Shown here: one piece after another, positions 39,744 to 50,351 of the stretch | Numbering within the stretch: the stretch's first letter is position 1 | How the letters are laid out: the number at the start of each line of letters is the position of its first letter | DNA from: Negativicutes bacterium | GTDB taxonomy: Bacteria; Bacillota; Negativicutes; UBA1444 | DNA: 64,000 bases | Direction of reading: 5' to 3' | Assembly (NCBI GenBank): GCA_963665275.2 | Contig: CAXXIN010000016.1 | Coordinates: 64,001 to 128,000 of the forward strand | Notes under the pieces: generated by a model | What the model saw: the letters and a program-made list of their open reading frames with translations, nothing else | What the model was told of the DNA's origin: nothing | Database searches by the model: none | Position numbers and translations under genes: made by a program

Positions 39744-41014
39744 GTCGCCTGAAAAATATGCGAACACGCATGGGTTTGTTTTTGTCTGTCATGGGACCCG
39801 GCATTGTAACTGCTTTTGCGGACAATGATGCTGGCGGCGTTGCCACATATGCAGCAGCTGGCGCCAAATATGGTTACGGACTTTTGTTTACCATGTTTGT
39901 CGCGACTATTTGTTTGGCGATTGCGCAGGAGATCTCTGCCCGTACAGGTGCGGTCACAGGCCGCGGCCTTTCCGACCTGATCCGGGAAATTTTCGGTGTG
40001 AAATGGACGTTGTTCGCAATGGTTGTATTGCTAGTCGCCAACATTGGGACTACGGCCTCGGAATTTTCGGGGATTGCGACTAGTTTTGAGATTTTTGGCA
40101 TCAGCAAATACATATCTGTTCCCCTGATGGCTTTCTTTATTTGGTGGATGGTGATTAAAGGAAGTTACGGTCGGGTTGAGAAACTTTTTTTGATACTGTG
40201 CGCCACGTTTGCCAGCTATGTAATTTCCGGGCTGATTGTCGATCCGCCTTGGGGAGAGGTGCTGAAAGCCTCGGTGACTCCCAGTTTTGCCGGTGACGCA
40301 GAATTCCTCATGATGGCAATCGGGGTTATTGGAACCACCATTACGCCATGGGGACAATTTTATGTCCAGGCCTCAGTTGTTGATAAAGGCATTACGGCCG
40401 AAGAATATCGGTATACTTTTTGGGATGTCATGATTGGCGCATTCTTCACCTGGCTGATTGCGTTTTTCATTATTGTGGCTACCGCAGCCACTTTGCATGT
40501 CAATGGTGTTGCGATCGAAACGGCAGGAGATGCGGCCTTGGCATTGCAACCTTTGGCGGGGAAATACGCCAGCTACCTGTTCTCGTTTGGTTTGCTGGGC
40601 GCTTCTTTGCTGGCGGCTTTTATTCTGCCGCTTAGTACGGCTTATGCCATTTGCGAGGCCTTTGGATTCGAGCATGGGGTGGACCATGATTACAAAGACG
40701 CACCGGTTTTTTTTAGCCTATATACGGCACTGATCGTGATTGGCGCACTTTTGGTACTCTGGCCGGGGTTGTCGCTTTATAGCGTTATGTTGACATCGCA
40801 AGTTATCAATGGGGTGCTCTTGCCTCCCATTCTGATATTCATGGTTCTGATTGCCAGCAATAAGAATATTATGGGTTCTTATACCAATTCAGGCTGGTAT
40901 AATATCATAGCCTGGCTATTTACGATTGTACTGATAGTGTTGACAGTAATGCTGTTGGCTTGGAGCCTGGCGCCGGCGAAAATGGCCAGTTTGCTGGCAC
41001 TGTTCGGTTGGTGA
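39740..41014 (+). CDS. NRAMP-related Mg2+ transporter (NrmT-type)
   Basis: GPG..TAFADNDAGG and GTTITPW replace the canonical NRAMP DPGN/MPH motifs; under M-box control. Confidence 0.88.
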   Translation: MSRLKNMRTRMGLFLSVMGPGIVTAFADNDAGGVATYAAAGAKYGYGLLFTMFVATICLAIAQEISARTGAVTGRGLSDLIREIFGVKWTLFAMVVLLVANIGTTASEFSGIATSFEIFGISKYISVPLMAFFIWWMVIKGSYGRVEKLFLILCATFASYVISGLIVDPPWGEVLKASVTPSFAGDAEFLMMAIGVIGTTITPWGQFYVQASVVDKGITAEEYRYTFWDVMIGAFFTWLIAFFIIVATAATLHVNGVAIETAGDAALALQPLAGKYASYLFSFGLLGASLLAAFILPLSTAYAICEAFGFEHGVDHDYKDAPVFFSLYTALIVIGALLVLWPGLSLYSVMLTSQVINGVLLPPILIFMVLIASNKNIMGSYTNSGWYNIIAWLFTIVLIVLTVMLLAWSLAPAKMASLLALFGW

Positions 41015-41204
41015 CGGAGATCCGTTTTTGTAAAACTTGGAACAGTTAATAGTTGTCGGATCACGTAAAAAAATGAGCCGGCAGTGGCAAAACTTGTCTA
41101 CATAAAAAGGATTTTGTTATTCGATCTCGAATAAAATACAATACCTGACTGAAAGCAGTAGCCGACTGCCAGCGAAAATATCATATGAAAGAGGGGTCTA
41201 TTGC

Positions 41205-44200
41205 ATGAAAAAAATGAAGACAATGGATGGAAACAACGCGGCCGCCCACATTGCGTATGCATTTACGGATGTTGCTGCGATATTTCCAATCACTCCGTCC
41301 TCGACCATGGCTGAGCATGTTGATGAGTGGAGCGCACAGGGCCAAAAGAATATTTTTGGCCAAACGGTGCGGGTTGCTGAAATGCAATCCGAGGGAGGCG
41401 CTGCTGGCGCCGTTCACGGATCGCTGCAATCCGGGGCATTGACTACGACCTTTACTGCGTCGCAGGGATTGTTGCTCATGATTCCCAATATGTACAAGAT
41501 CGCCGGCGAACTGTTGCCGGGCGTCTTCCATGTTAGCGCCCGTGCAGTAGCAGCTAACTCTCTGAACATTTTTGGTGACCACCAGGATGTCATGGCAACT
41601 CGGCAGACCGGGTTTGCGCTACTTGCTGAGAGCAGCGTCCAGCAGGTCATGGATCTCAGTGCGGTTGCCCACCTGGCAGCAATTAAAGGAAGGGTTCCTT
41701 TCATTAATTTCTTCGACGGTTTCCGCACCTCGCATGAAGCGCAAAAAATTGAAGTGATGGAATATGACGACTTGGCCAAGTTGGTCGATCAGGAGGCTCT
41801 GAATGCGTTCCGCCGCCGGGCTTTGAATCCAGATCATCCGGTTATACGCGGTACGGCTCAGAACCCTGATATCTACTTCCAGGAAAGAGAAGTATCGAAC
41901 ACCTATTATGAAGCGATTCCTGAAATCGTCGAAGGCTACATGGGTGAGATCAATAAGTTGACCGGTCGCGATTATCACCTGTTCAACTATTACGGCGCGC
42001 CGGATGCCGACAGAATTATCATCGCCATGGGTTCTGTCTGTGACGTTGTTGAAGAAACTGTCGATTACCTGAATGCGAAGGGTGAAAAAGTTGGCCTGTT
42101 GACGGTTCATCTCTACCGTCCCTTCTCGCTCGAACATTTCTTTCGCTATATTCCGAAGACCGTCAAGAAAATTGCCGTTCTCGACCGGACCAAAGAACCG
42201 GGTTCCATCGGTGAGCCGATGTATCTCGACGTCAAGAGCGCCTTCTACGGCAAAGAATGGCAGCCAGTTATCGTCGGCGGCCGTTATGGCCTCGGATCCA
42301 AAGATGTAATTCCTTCACATATTGTGCCGGTCTTTGACAACCTCAAGCTGCCTGTGCCGAAAGACCGCTTCACGGTCAGCATTGTCGACGACGTAACGTT
42401 TACCTCCCTGCCTGCGGGCATTGACATTGATACAACGCCTGCGGGAACAACCGCCTGTAAGTTCTGGGGCCTTGGCTCCGATGGCACGGTAGGCGCCAAC
42501 AAGGCGGCTGTCAAAATCATCGGCGACCATACTGACATGTATGCACAAGCCTATTTCGCCTACGATTCCAAGAAATCCGGCGGGATCACCGTATCGCACC
42601 TGCGCTTCGGCAAAAAGCCGATCAAATCCTCCTATCTTATCAACAAGGCGGATTTCGTTGCCTGCCACAACCAGTCCTATGTCAACAAATATGACGTACT
42701 TGCCGGACTGAAGCCTAAAGGAGTATTCCTGCTGAACTGCACCTGGACCCAGGCAGAGCTGGATGACAAGCTGCCAGGCTTCATGAAGCGGTATATCGCC
42801 AAAAACGACATTCAATTCTATACCATCGATGGCGCCGGTGTTGCTCAACAACTCGGACTCGGCGGGCGCATCAACATGGTCATGCAGTCGGCGTTCTTCA
42901 AGCTGGCAGCGATCCTGCCGATGGAAGAAGCCGTGAAGCATCTACAGAAAGCAGTTGTTGACGACTACGGCAACCAGGGTCAAAAAATCATCGACATGAA
43001 CTATGCGGCGATCCAAAAAGGAATGGAAGCTGCTGTGAAAGTTAGTGTGCCAGAGGCGTGGAAAACTGCCGCAGATAAAGCCAGCGACATTCAACACGTG
43101 GCGTGCGCCTGCTCCAGTGATGCGGTGGTCAATGAACTGCCGGCATTCGTCGAAGACCTGATGGTGCCGATGAATCGTCTGGAAGGCGATTCCTTGCCGG
43201 TTAGTGCATTCAAAGGCCGCGAAGACGGCACATTCCCGGTTGGAACTTCTGCGTATGAAAAACGAGGGATCGCCCTCAATGTGCCAGAATGGCAGATGGA
43301 ACACTGCATCCAATGCAACCAGTGCGCATTCGTCTGTCCGCATGCATCCATTCGGCCAGCTCTCGCTACGGAAGCTGAAGTGAAAGCAGCTCCGGAAGGC
43401 TTCACCGCCAAAGCTGCGGTTGGCGCCAAAGACCTGCAATTCCGTATTGCCGTTTCCCCGTTGGACTGCATCGGCTGCGGCAACTGCGCCCAGGTTTGCC
43501 CGGCCAAAGAAAAGGCACTGGTCATGAAACCCTTTGAATCTCAGCTTGGACAGGCCCCGTTGTGGGATTATGCCATGGCACTTTCGACCAAAGCCAATCC
43601 GATGAGCAAGGAAACTGTTAAGGGCAGTCAGTTCGAGACTCCGCTGCTTGAGTTCTCCGGCGCTTGCGGCGGCTGCGGCGAAACTCCTTATGCCAAACTT
43701 GTCACGCAGCTCTTCGGCGACCGTATGATGATTGCCAATGCCACCGGTTGCTCGTCCATCTGGGGCGCCAGCGCGCCGTCAATGCCATATACCAAAAACA
43801 CTCTTGGACAAGGACCTGCTTGGGCCAATTCCTTGTTCGAAGACAATGCCGAATACGGTTACGGCATGTTCCTCGGAGTCAAACAATCTCGCCAACGCCT
43901 TGCTATCGACATCGCTGCGGCTGCCAAACTGGCGGTTAGCACTGAGTTGAAAGCTGCGTTCGAAGAGTGGCTGGCAAATATCGACAACGGAGCCGGGACT
44001 CGCGAGCGGGCGGCTAAACTGATTGCGCTATTGGAAAAAGAAAAAGGCAGCGATGCGCTCCTTAACTCGATTTATGAAAACAAAGACTTCCTGGTCAAAC
44101 GATCGCACTGGATCTTTGGTGGCGACGGTTGGGCTTATGACATCGGATTCGGCGGCCTTGACCATGTTTTGGCCATGAACGAAAATGTCAATGTGTTGGT

Positions 44201-44774
44201 GTTCGATACTGAGGTATATTCCAACACCGGCGGACAATCCTCCAAATCGACGCCAACTGCTGCCATCGCCAAGTTTGCTGCGAGCGGCAAGCGGACCAAA
44301 AAGAAGGATCTTGGCATGATCGCCATGAGTTATGGCTATGTTTATGTAGCGCAGATCGCTATGGGCGCCGACAAGAACCAGACGCTCAAAGCGATTGCCG
44401 AAGCGGAAGCTTATCCTGGACCATCCCTGATTATTGCCTATGCACCGTGTATCAACCACGGCCTCAAAGCAGGCATGGGCGCGAGCCAGCTGGAAGCGAA
44501 AAAGGCTGTCGAAGCCGGTTATTGGGGAATGTATCGCTACAATCCCGCATTGCTTGAACAAGGCAAGAATCCGTTCAGCCTGGATTCCAAAGAACCGACA
44601 GCTGATTTCAAGGAATTCCTGATGGGTGAAGTTCGCTACTCCTCCCTGAAGAAACAGTTCCCTGAACAAGCGGAGGCTCTTTTCGCCAAGACCGCCAAAG
44701 ATGCGAAGGAACGCCTCGAGTCGTACAAACGGCTTGTGAAATCTTATGCAGAGGCTATTGAAACCAAAGCTTAA
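41205..44774 (+). CDS. nifJ: Pyruvate:ferredoxin (flavodoxin) oxidoreductase
   Basis: FPITPSS, EMQSEGGAAG, GLGSDGTVGANK, CIQCNQC, CIGCGNC, GGDGWAYDIG. Confidence 0.97.
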   Translation: MKKMKTMDGNNAAAHIAYAFTDVAAIFPITPSSTMAEHVDEWSAQGQKNIFGQTVRVAEMQSEGGAAGAVHGSLQSGALTTTFTASQGLLLMIPNMYKIAGELLPGVFHVSARAVAANSLNIFGDHQDVMATRQTGFALLAESSVQQVMDLSAVAHLAAIKGRVPFINFFDGFRTSHEAQKIEVMEYDDLAKLVDQEALNAFRRRALNPDHPVIRGTAQNPDIYFQEREVSNTYYEAIPEIVEGYMGEINKLTGRDYHLFNYYGAPDADRIIIAMGSVCDVVEETVDYLNAKGEKVGLLTVHLYRPFSLEHFFRYIPKTVKKIAVLDRTKEPGSIGEPMYLDVKSAFYGKEWQPVIVGGRYGLGSKDVIPSHIVPVFDNLKLPVPKDRFTVSIVDDVTFTSLPAGIDIDTTPAGTTACKFWGLGSDGTVGANKAAVKIIGDHTDMYAQAYFAYDSKKSGGITVSHLRFGKKPIKSSYLINKADFVACHNQSYVNKYDVLAGLKPKGVFLLNCTWTQAELDDKLPGFMKRYIAKNDIQFYTIDGAGVAQQLGLGGRINMVMQSAFFKLAAILPMEEAVKHLQKAVVDDYGNQGQKIIDMNYAAIQKGMEAAVKVSVPEAWKTAADKASDIQHVACACSSDAVVNELPAFVEDLMVPMNRLEGDSLPVSAFKGREDGTFPVGTSAYEKRGIALNVPEWQMEHCIQCNQCAFVCPHASIRPALATEAEVKAAPEGFTAKAAVGAKDLQFRIAVSPLDCIGCGNCAQVCPAKEKALVMKPFESQLGQAPLWDYAMALSTKANPMSKETVKGSQFETPLLEFSGACGGCGETPYAKLVTQLFGDRMMIANATGCSSIWGASAPSMPYTKNTLGQGPAWANSLFEDNAEYGYGMFLGVKQSRQRLAIDIAAAAKLAVSTELKAAFEEWLANIDNGAGTRERAAKLIALLEKEKGSDALLNSIYENKDFLVKRSHWIFGGDGWAYDIGFGGLDHVLAMNENVNVLVFDTEVYSNTGGQSSKSTPTAAIAKFAASGKRTKKKDLGMIAMSYGYVYVAQIAMGADKNQTLKAIAEAEAYPGPSLIIAYAPCINHGLKAGMGASQLEAKKAVEAGYWGMYRYNPALLEQGKNPFSLDSKEPTADFKEFLMGEVRYSSLKKQFPEQAEALFAKTAKDAKERLESYKRLVKSYAEAIETKA

Positions 44775-44775
44775 G

Positions 44776-45615
44776 ATGAAACTCTTATTTCAACAAAGTC
44801 TGCGATCCAGCACTCGGACCGTAGGCGATGGACGAATTGAGGCTGAAGCGGTGCTGCTATCTACGGATACCGAGATGGTCGCTCGCGTCACAGTCACTCA
44901 AGACACGTTTTTGATCGAAAATGCCGAAAGGGAGTCGCTGCGAAGCGGCTCCCTTTATGTGTCATCTATAGGAGCAGCAAATTTGATTGGAACGCCCGCT
45001 TATTTCGGCGTAGCTTCGTCGCTCGCCCGCGCTTTTCCTGACGCGAAAGACGCGTTGGAGCGAAGCCTGTTTTCCGAGTGCATCAAGGCGCTAATCCAGT
45101 CCGAATGTTATCTTTTCCGGCAGCGGGGCTTTGCTGATAAGCACGCTTACCAGAAGAACTGGGATATTTCCCATCCCAATTCATGCCGCTATTATTCACA
45201 TCTCGACATTGTATCGCGCCGATGGTTTGAGTACATAGGCGACGAACCGCGAAAACAGAGCCTGTTTAACAGACATAAGACTATCACAATCTGGCAGTCT
45301 GAGCGGGGAGCAATGGAAGGAAGAGGAACATTTTTGGATTCGTTTCATGAATTGGGCATTCAGGCGCAATGTGAAGCAGATGGCACGATAACCGGATTCA
45401 CTGGCAGCTTTTTACGCGCACCCGACTCAATCTGTTTTGGAACAGCTGAACTGGTGACAAGTCTCTCTGGTCGCAATCTCAACGAAATTACCCGCAAAGA
45501 AATGAACCGATGCGCTGGCGGGCCTGAAGGGTGCGCGCACCTGTTGGACCTGGGCCAAGACCTTTTGGCCATTCTGCAAAAAACAGCGAAACTGTTTGAC
45601 GCAACCAAGCTATAA
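44776..45615 (+). CDS. DUF2889-like protein
   Basis: D.FHE, RAPDSIC, GPEGCAHLLDL; starts 1 bp after the nifJ stop. Confidence 0.7.
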   Translation: MKLLFQQSLRSSTRTVGDGRIEAEAVLLSTDTEMVARVTVTQDTFLIENAERESLRSGSLYVSSIGAANLIGTPAYFGVASSLARAFPDAKDALERSLFSECIKALIQSECYLFRQRGFADKHAYQKNWDISHPNSCRYYSHLDIVSRRWFEYIGDEPRKQSLFNRHKTITIWQSERGAMEGRGTFLDSFHELGIQAQCEADGTITGFTGSFLRAPDSICFGTAELVTSLSGRNLNEITRKEMNRCAGGPEGCAHLLDLGQDLLAILQKTAKLFDATKL

Positions 45616-45674
45616 AAGATATAATAAATGAGGGATTTTGTATACGCTATATAAAGATGGGGGGAAACGGAAGG

Positions 45675-46727
45675 ATGAGAAACCGAAGACTACACTGGTT
45701 GGTCCTGATTGTCGCAGTAGCTATGCTTACAGCGCTTGTAGCAGGCTGCGGCGGCGGGGAGAAAAAAGCGGCGGAACCCGCAAAATCTGACGCGCCCAAA
45801 ATTAGCGGAAAACTGATGATTTACACGTCCATCTACCCTGATATTATTGAAGGGGTAAAACCTGCCATTAAAAAAGCGTTTCCAGATCTTGACGTACAAT
45901 GGTTCCAAGCGGGAACTGAAAAAGTCATCACCAAATTGACGGGCGAAATCGAAGCAAAAAAAATCCAGGCTGATTTGCTTATGGTGGCAGACCCATCATA
46001 TTACCTGACATTGAAAGATAAAAACCTACTGATGAAATATGATGCTCCCAACCGCAAAGATGTCACTGCGGCTAAGGATGCTGATGGATATTGGACCGGC
46101 GTCCGTATCTCCAATATGATCATTGCGTATAATACCGCCAAAGTCAAACCGGAAGACGCGCCCAAAACTTTCAAGGAATTGACCGAACCAAAATGGCAGA
46201 ACAAAGTTGCGATTCCCAGTCCGCTCCTTTCAGGATCGGCTTATGTTGCAGTCGGCGTACTTGCGGATAAATACGGCTGGGATTATTTTGCTAAATTAAA
46301 AGCAAATGGAACGAAAGTTGAACCAGGCAACTCTGCGATTCAGAACAAGTTGGTAACCGGAGAATATCAGGTTGGTATGATTTTAGAAGAAAATATTCTC
46401 AAAATTATGGCCAAGGGTGAACCTATCAAGGTAGTTTATCCGGAAGATGGGACCATCGTGATTCCTAGTCCTATAGCCATTTTTACATCAACCCAGAATC
46501 CTGAAGCGGCCAAAGCGCTTGAGAACTGGTGGCTGTCCAAAGAAGGACAGGAAGCGATCGTTAAAGGCTGGATGCACTCGGTGCGCGGTGACGTGGCGCC
46601 TCCCAAAGGAGCTCCGGAGTTGAAATCCTTCCTGACCAAGGGGGATTTGAAACCCAGTTGGGATAAATTGGCCAAGGATATGGAAAAGATCAAAGGCGAA
46701 TACCAAAAGATCATGGACGCCAAATAG
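45675..46727 (+). CDS. ABC substrate-binding lipoprotein (Fe3+/AfuA superfamily), orphan
   Basis: Lipobox VAGC; LMIYTSIYPD, PSPLLSGSA, YPEDG, WWLSKEGQ. Confidence 0.88.
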   Translation: MRNRRLHWLVLIVAVAMLTALVAGCGGGEKKAAEPAKSDAPKISGKLMIYTSIYPDIIEGVKPAIKKAFPDLDVQWFQAGTEKVITKLTGEIEAKKIQADLLMVADPSYYLTLKDKNLLMKYDAPNRKDVTAAKDADGYWTGVRISNMIIAYNTAKVKPEDAPKTFKELTEPKWQNKVAIPSPLLSGSAYVAVGVLADKYGWDYFAKLKANGTKVEPGNSAIQNKLVTGEYQVGMILEENILKIMAKGEPIKVVYPEDGTIVIPSPIAIFTSTQNPEAAKALENWWLSKEGQEAIVKGWMHSVRGDVAPPKGAPELKSFLTKGDLKPSWDKLAKDMEKIKGEYQKIMDAK

Positions 46728-46760
46728 TCTGATCCACCCAATTTGGTTCTTAATAAGCAT

Positions 46761-46798
46761 GCAAAAGGCTCGTGTCGTTATGACGCGAGCCTTTTGTG
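46761..46798. terminator. Bidirectional terminator
   Basis: GCAAAAGGCTCGTGTC...GACGCGAGCCTTTTGT. Confidence 0.75.
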
Positions 46799-46924
46799 TA
46801 AAGCGGAAGCAGCATTGGGGCCGTTTCTCGGGCCCCTGATGGCAGGTTTATGTGGAACCGGGGTTCGATGTACTGGGGCGCTGCAGCGCCCCAGTAAGCA
46901 TCTGGTGGTTGCCAGACCGGACAG

Positions 46925-47797
46925 TCAATAGCTTAAATTATGGCGTTGAGATAAGATCATCCCGGCGAGCATGAGGGCGCAGCCGAGTAATTCGCGGGAA
47001 CCTAGCATTTCGCCCAGGATGAGGAAGCCGCCGATAGCGGCAAATACTGTTTCCAAGCTCAAGATAAGCGCAGCATGAGCTGGAGATGCATTTTTTTGGC
47101 CGATTATCTGCAGTGTATAAGCAATCCCGACAGAACCGAATCCGCCGTAAAGGATAGGAACTCCAGCCTGTAGTACGGCAGCAAGGCTGATCGATTCAGT
47201 GAATGCGGAAATTCCGAGGCTCAGTAGCGAGCAGGTTGCAAACTGGATGAAAGCAAGTTTCAAAGTATCAACCCGGAGGGAGACATGATCAATGAGCAGG
47301 ATGTGGGCGGTCCAGAATAAAGCGCCAATCAGTTCCAGCAAGTCGCCATAGGCAATGGAGAAGTCTTCTTTCAGACACAGAAGATAAAGCCCGGTGATGG
47401 AAAGCAGACAACCAGACCAAGTTGAGAAGGCAATCCGTCGTTTGAGAAACAGTCCAGCCAAAGGGACAAGCACTATATAAAGGCAAGTAATGAAAGCGGC
47501 TTTGCCGGCGGTCGTGTCCACTATGCCTACCTGTTGCAGTGATGCGGCCAAAAACAAAATCAGTCCGGCCAACAGGCCCATGCGAACGACGGAAAGGGGT
47601 TGGATAGGCGCGGAGTTCGTCTGAGGATATTGCTTGAAATACCACATCAATGGCAACAGAGAAATACCTCCCAAGGCGAAACGAATGCCGTTGAAGGTAA
47701 AAGGGCCAATATATTCCATTCCGATGCGTTGGGCGACAAAAGCGAAGCCCCAGATGGCGGCGGCTGTCAAAAGTATGATGTTTGCTCGAATTTGCAT
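46925..47797 (-). CDS. DMT/EamA family transporter
   Basis: IWGFAFVAQ, AGKAAFITCLYIVLVP, LETVFA; about 10 TM segments. Confidence 0.9.
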   Translation of the reverse strand: MQIRANIILLTAAAIWGFAFVAQRIGMEYIGPFTFNGIRFALGGISLLPLMWYFKQYPQTNSAPIQPLSVVRMGLLAGLILFLAASLQQVGIVDTTAGKAAFITCLYIVLVPLAGLFLKRRIAFSTWSGCLLSITGLYLLCLKEDFSIAYGDLLELIGALFWTAHILLIDHVSLRVDTLKLAFIQFATCSLLSLGISAFTESISLAAVLQAGVPILYGGFGSVGIAYTLQIIGQKNASPAHAALILSLETVFAAIGGFLILGEMLGSRELLGCALMLAGMILSQRHNLSY

Positions 47798-47920
47798 GAT
47801 GCATCTATTGTACGTCCCTCAAAGGTTCGTTGGCAACCCCCAAAAACCTTATTTCCAGGATAAAATGGAAAACCGCTGCTTTCAGCGGTTTTCCTCATAA
47901 ATCATGACATGTCGCTGTTG

Positions 47921-49573
47921 TTACCAACCATTGGATTTCAATAGGTCAACTGCTTTGCGTGGAACGTATACCTTGCCTGTTTTGGCAATCTGTACAATAA
48001 TTCCGGGGAGCCTGTAGGTTGTTTTACCCACGGTCATGAGATTGGTATCAATCGGCAGTGATGCGCGCAGGATTCCTTTTTCAACAATCAAGACAGGGTT
48101 GGCGAGGTCGCTGTCATCGAAGCGAGTCAGAGCGCCAACTTCTGCGAAACATTTAGCGGCGTCCACAAACAGTTGCCGATCGGTAGCAGCAAGGTCAAAA
48201 CCTAGACTATGTGCGGTGATCTTGGCAATATCCGTGTTCTGTATCAGCCCGGCCGGTTTATTCGGACCGTAAGCGTACAGAAAAAGGTCTTCACCGGTAT
48301 GACCGGTGTAAATCCAGCCGATGGCCGAGCGTTTGCTGAGCATGGGGCCAATGACGCTTGCAAAGGCTCTTTTTCGTGGACCTTTCTGAATCGCAGTGAT
48401 TTCATCGACTGTCAGATCGTCGATGCTGTAATTTTGGCTCATCTGAATCCGTATATTAAATTCGGACCTATTGTCCCCCAATATCTGATCCATGCCTTCA
48501 CCGGTATAGGTGGCTCTTTTCAGCGGAGCCAATACCGCTTCGAACGGCAGTTTATCGTATGTTTTATAGAAATCCTTATTGCCAATGGACATACCGCCAG
48601 TCCCATGATCAGCAAAGGCCATGACGAGGGTCTGGCCGTCTTTCTTGGCGAAGTCGAGAGCAACTTTAACTGCATCGTCATATGCGAGCAGATCGCTGAT
48701 GACTCCAACGGGATCATTTGCATGAGCAGCCCAGTCAACCTTACTCGCTTCGACAAACAAGAAAAATCCTTTTTCATTTTGAGACAGAGTATCGATCGCC
48801 TTTCTGGTCATTTCCGCCAGAGATGGCTCCGTCGGCGCCAGATCTTTACGGTCCATTTCGAACTGCATCGCATCAGCCGCGAATAGTCCCCATACTTTGG
48901 TTCCCTTGAATGCGAGCATCTCATCACGGGAACTCACAACAGAGTAGTCATGTGATTTAAGAACATCAATGAGATTAATGCCGTCGTCGCGGGTTCCGCC
49001 GAGCGCTTTCGGCAGCATATATTGCCGGCCGGCGCTAAGGACCACATCGATATCTTCATAAACCTGTTGCTTCGCAATCAAGGAATAACGATCGCGGTAA
49101 GGCGTATGAGAAGAAAATCCTCCAGGGCTGGCGTGCTGGATATTGGAAGTCGCCACTAACCCGACTGACTTACCCATCTGTTTGGCGCCTTCGAGAACTG
49201 TGGCCACTGGTTTGCATTGATCGTCCGAACTAACTGCAGGGACGCCGGGGGTTGTAGTCGTTTCCGGCAGGATGGCGAGAAACTTGCTATTGCTTTTGAA
49301 CCCGGTTGCAAACGCGGTTGCGGCAGGGGCGGAATCGGTGATAAGTGAATCCGCGCTGTAAGTGCGCAGGCCCCCGACCAGAATTTCATCGAGCGCAAGC
49401 GGAGCACCTTTGTACCAGCGACTCAGCGTGATATGAGTGGACGACGTGCCATCTGTCATTAATAAGATAACGTTTTTTGCAGGCGCAGCCCAAGCCGGCG
49501 CCTGCGTAGTTGTCAGAATAAGAAAAGCAATCAGGATAAATGCGGCGAAGAAGCGCTTAACGTGGTTATTCAT
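47921..49573 (-). CDS. Alkaline phosphatase (secreted)
   Basis: KNVILLMTDG, TDSAPAATA (catalytic Ser), DWAAHAND, ADHGTGG, GHTGED; signal peptide. Confidence 0.92.
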   Translation of the reverse strand: MNNHVKRFFAAFILIAFLILTTTQAPAWAAPAKNVILLMTDGTSSTHITLSRWYKGAPLALDEILVGGLRTYSADSLITDSAPAATAFATGFKSNSKFLAILPETTTTPGVPAVSSDDQCKPVATVLEGAKQMGKSVGLVATSNIQHASPGGFSSHTPYRDRYSLIAKQQVYEDIDVVLSAGRQYMLPKALGGTRDDGINLIDVLKSHDYSVVSSRDEMLAFKGTKVWGLFAADAMQFEMDRKDLAPTEPSLAEMTRKAIDTLSQNEKGFFLFVEASKVDWAAHANDPVGVISDLLAYDDAVKVALDFAKKDGQTLVMAFADHGTGGMSIGNKDFYKTYDKLPFEAVLAPLKRATYTGEGMDQILGDNRSEFNIRIQMSQNYSIDDLTVDEITAIQKGPRKRAFASVIGPMLSKRSAIGWIYTGHTGEDLFLYAYGPNKPAGLIQNTDIAKITAHSLGFDLAATDRQLFVDAAKCFAEVGALTRFDDSDLANPVLIVEKGILRASLPIDTNLMTVGKTTYRLPGIIVQIAKTGKVYVPRKAVDLLKSNGW

Positions 49574-49630
49574 TTCCTTATCTCCCATCGTAATTTGATT
49601 TTGGACGGGATGACCGCAGGTTGTCGACTT

Positions 49631-50308
49631 CTATTTTCCGAACCGGGCATCCCATTCCGCGAGCAGCGCCTCACCCGCACTGACGCCGATTCGGTTGGCT
49701 CCGGCTTCCAACATGGACAGGGCTTGATCCAGAGTTCGAATGCCACCGGAAGCTTTGACTCCCATGGTAGGACCGACTGTTTCGCGCATGAGCTTGATAT
49801 CAATCGGGTCAGCGCCCCTGGCAGCAAATCCGGTTGATGTTTTGACGAATTGGGCTCCGGCCTGTTGAACCAGCTGACAGGCGATAACAATTTCGTCTTT
49901 TGACAGTTCGCAGGTTTCCAGAATGACTTTGACGGGTGCTCCAGCGGCAGCGGTTACGACAGCTTCGATATCCTGCACGACAGCGGCGTGCTCGCCAGCC
50001 TTGAAAGCACCCAAGTCCATCACCATATCGAGTTCATCGGCGCCGATTGAACGTAGCCTGTCAGCGGAGAATGCTTTGACTTCGGTCAAGTCGGCTCCAT
50101 GGGGAAAACCAAGAACCGCACCGACGAGTACACCGGAGCCGGTCAGTTCGCTTACAGCCAATGCTGTGTGACGCGGCTGCACCATCAGAAGTTTGAACGC
50201 GTTTTCACTGGCGCTGCGGCATCCGGTGAGAATATCAGCCTCCGTCGCAGTCGGTTTTAGGATTGAAAAATCAAAGGTTTGAGCGAATTCAGCTCGTGTC
50301 ATCATCAT
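49631..50308 (-). CDS. deoC: Deoxyribose-phosphate aldolase
   Basis: GFPHG, GADELDMV, KVILET, FVKTSTGF, VKASGGIR. Confidence 0.92.
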   Translation of the reverse strand: MMMTRAEFAQTFDFSILKPTATEADILTGCRSASENAFKLLMVQPRHTALAVSELTGSGVLVGAVLGFPHGADLTEVKAFSADRLRSIGADELDMVMDLGAFKAGEHAAVVQDIEAVVTAAAGAPVKVILETCELSKDEIVIACQLVQQAGAQFVKTSTGFAARGADPIDIKLMRETVGPTMGVKASGGIRTLDQALSMLEAGANRIGVSAGEALLAEWDARFGK

Positions 50309-50351
50309 TGTTCGTCCTTTCTTTTCTTTCAGATCATTGTCTGTGCAGGAA

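Noticed and set aside
41181-44669. Numerous long antisense ORFs over PFOR and other genes in the ORF track
   Set aside because: Shadow ORFs caused by codon bias; no RBS or protein motifs.
46845-46870. GTGGAACC/GGTTCGA suggesting a T-box, tRNA or 6S RNA
   Set aside because: No cloverleaf, no T-box context, and no long 6S-type rod could be built.
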